A stretch of 63,852 bases of DNA, filler included, from Octopus bimaculoides (lineage: Eukaryota): NCBI RefSeq assembly GCF_001194135.2. It is 6 parts of 5 records of this genome, joined end to end, with 100 filler letters (N's around TTAATTAATTAA, not from the genome) between each part and the next. Parts side by side here need not be neighbours in the genome. Positions count along the whole stretch, not along the records: positions 56,314 to 63,852 come from NC_068999.1; 5 more parts are not named here. One strand, written 5' to 3'. Under the pieces are notes generated by a model. The model had not been told where the DNA came from, ran no database searches, and saw only the letters and a list, made by a program, of their open reading frames with translations. The position numbers and the translations under genes were made by a program. Shown here one piece after another: positions 63,166 to 63,852 of this stretch. Numbering within the stretch: the first letter of the stretch is position 1; each line of letters opens with the position of its first letter.

Positions 63166-63501
63166 AGCTGCCAGGATCGTTAGAATACCAGACACTAAAC
63201 TTAGCCGTATTCTGTTCGTCATAACGTTCTGAGTTCAACCTCTTCGAAGGATGTCTATGCATTTCATCCTTTCTGGGTCAATAAAATATGAACTGGTCAT
63301 GTTATGGATTCGAGGCAACTAGCAAGAACTCTCGCACCACCACCAAAATTCAAGGCGATGAGCCAATAGTGGATAAAATTATTATTACTAATACTATTAT
63401 TTCCATTTTTCATTTCCTCCTCCTACATTTTTTTTGCACACCTGCCATTTTGTCCTAGTTTCATGCGTGCATTTGTACTAGCCAAATGTACTTTTATTCA
63501 C

Positions 63502-63581
63502 TTCGTTCATCTCCTCGCCGATCCGGTTGGATATGGCCACGCGCCACCGCGTGGCTGGTTCCTCATTATCTAGATCATAAC
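63502..63581 (-). CDS. Candidate exon (80 bp), YDLDNEEPATRWRVAISNRIGEEMNE
   Basis: GC-rich unique sequence, open frame bounded by a weak AG (an in-frame TAA lies just upstream) and GAA|gtgaat. Confidence 0.3.
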
Positions 63582-63852
63582 CTTATACGAACTCTAGCCT
63601 CTCCCGACACCAGTCCAAACACCCTAAGACACTAGATTGCTTTCTTTGTGAATGTGCAGCCCACCGTATGCGTGTGTAATCATGTATATGCGTCAGAGCA
63701 TGTATATGTCAGTGCAGGTGTCTGTCTGTGTGTATATCGCGTGTGCGACTGTGCTTAACCACACGTCTGTGTGGCCATGTGTGAATTACCTTGTTTCATT
63801 TAGTACAGATATATATATATACCTATATATCTATATATATATATATATATAT

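Noticed and set aside
63536-63574. Helitron 3' end (GC hairpin followed by CTAG)
   Set aside because: CTAG is followed by A rather than T, no 5' TC end was found, and the hairpin falls inside a candidate exon.

Overview
This is AT-rich, repeat-dense eukaryotic genomic DNA with many assembly gaps and microsatellites. The SINE/LINE repertoire resembles what I recall from octopus genomes (inference; no search was run). No complete protein-coding gene, rRNA or CRISPR array is visible, and most ORFs in the track are translated microsatellites or N-runs. Most of the window is transposon debris: tRNA-derived SINEs of at least four families, RTE, CR1, L1/Tx1-like, R4/Dong-like and Hero-like non-LTR fragments, Penelope remnants, maT and mariner relics, and several MITEs. 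One degenerate tRNA-Arg(TCT) is present. A phase-compatible chain of minus-strand exons at 7.8-11.7 kb belongs to an unidentified gene. The most notable observations are: (1) a near-canonical type I hammerhead ribozyme at 37530-37601 beside a Penelope GIY-YIG fragment, plus two decayed hammerhead-like motifs; (2) a 128-bp inverted copy of a neighbouring mariner relic inside a SINE, with one mismatch; (3) an in-frame TGA in a candidate exon of the unknown gene; (4) a Hero-like element bracketed by a 45-bp direct repeat; (5) a ~186-bp tandem array; (6) an RFX X-box next to a CCAAT box. Repeat boundaries are approximate and all family assignments come from motif recognition by eye.
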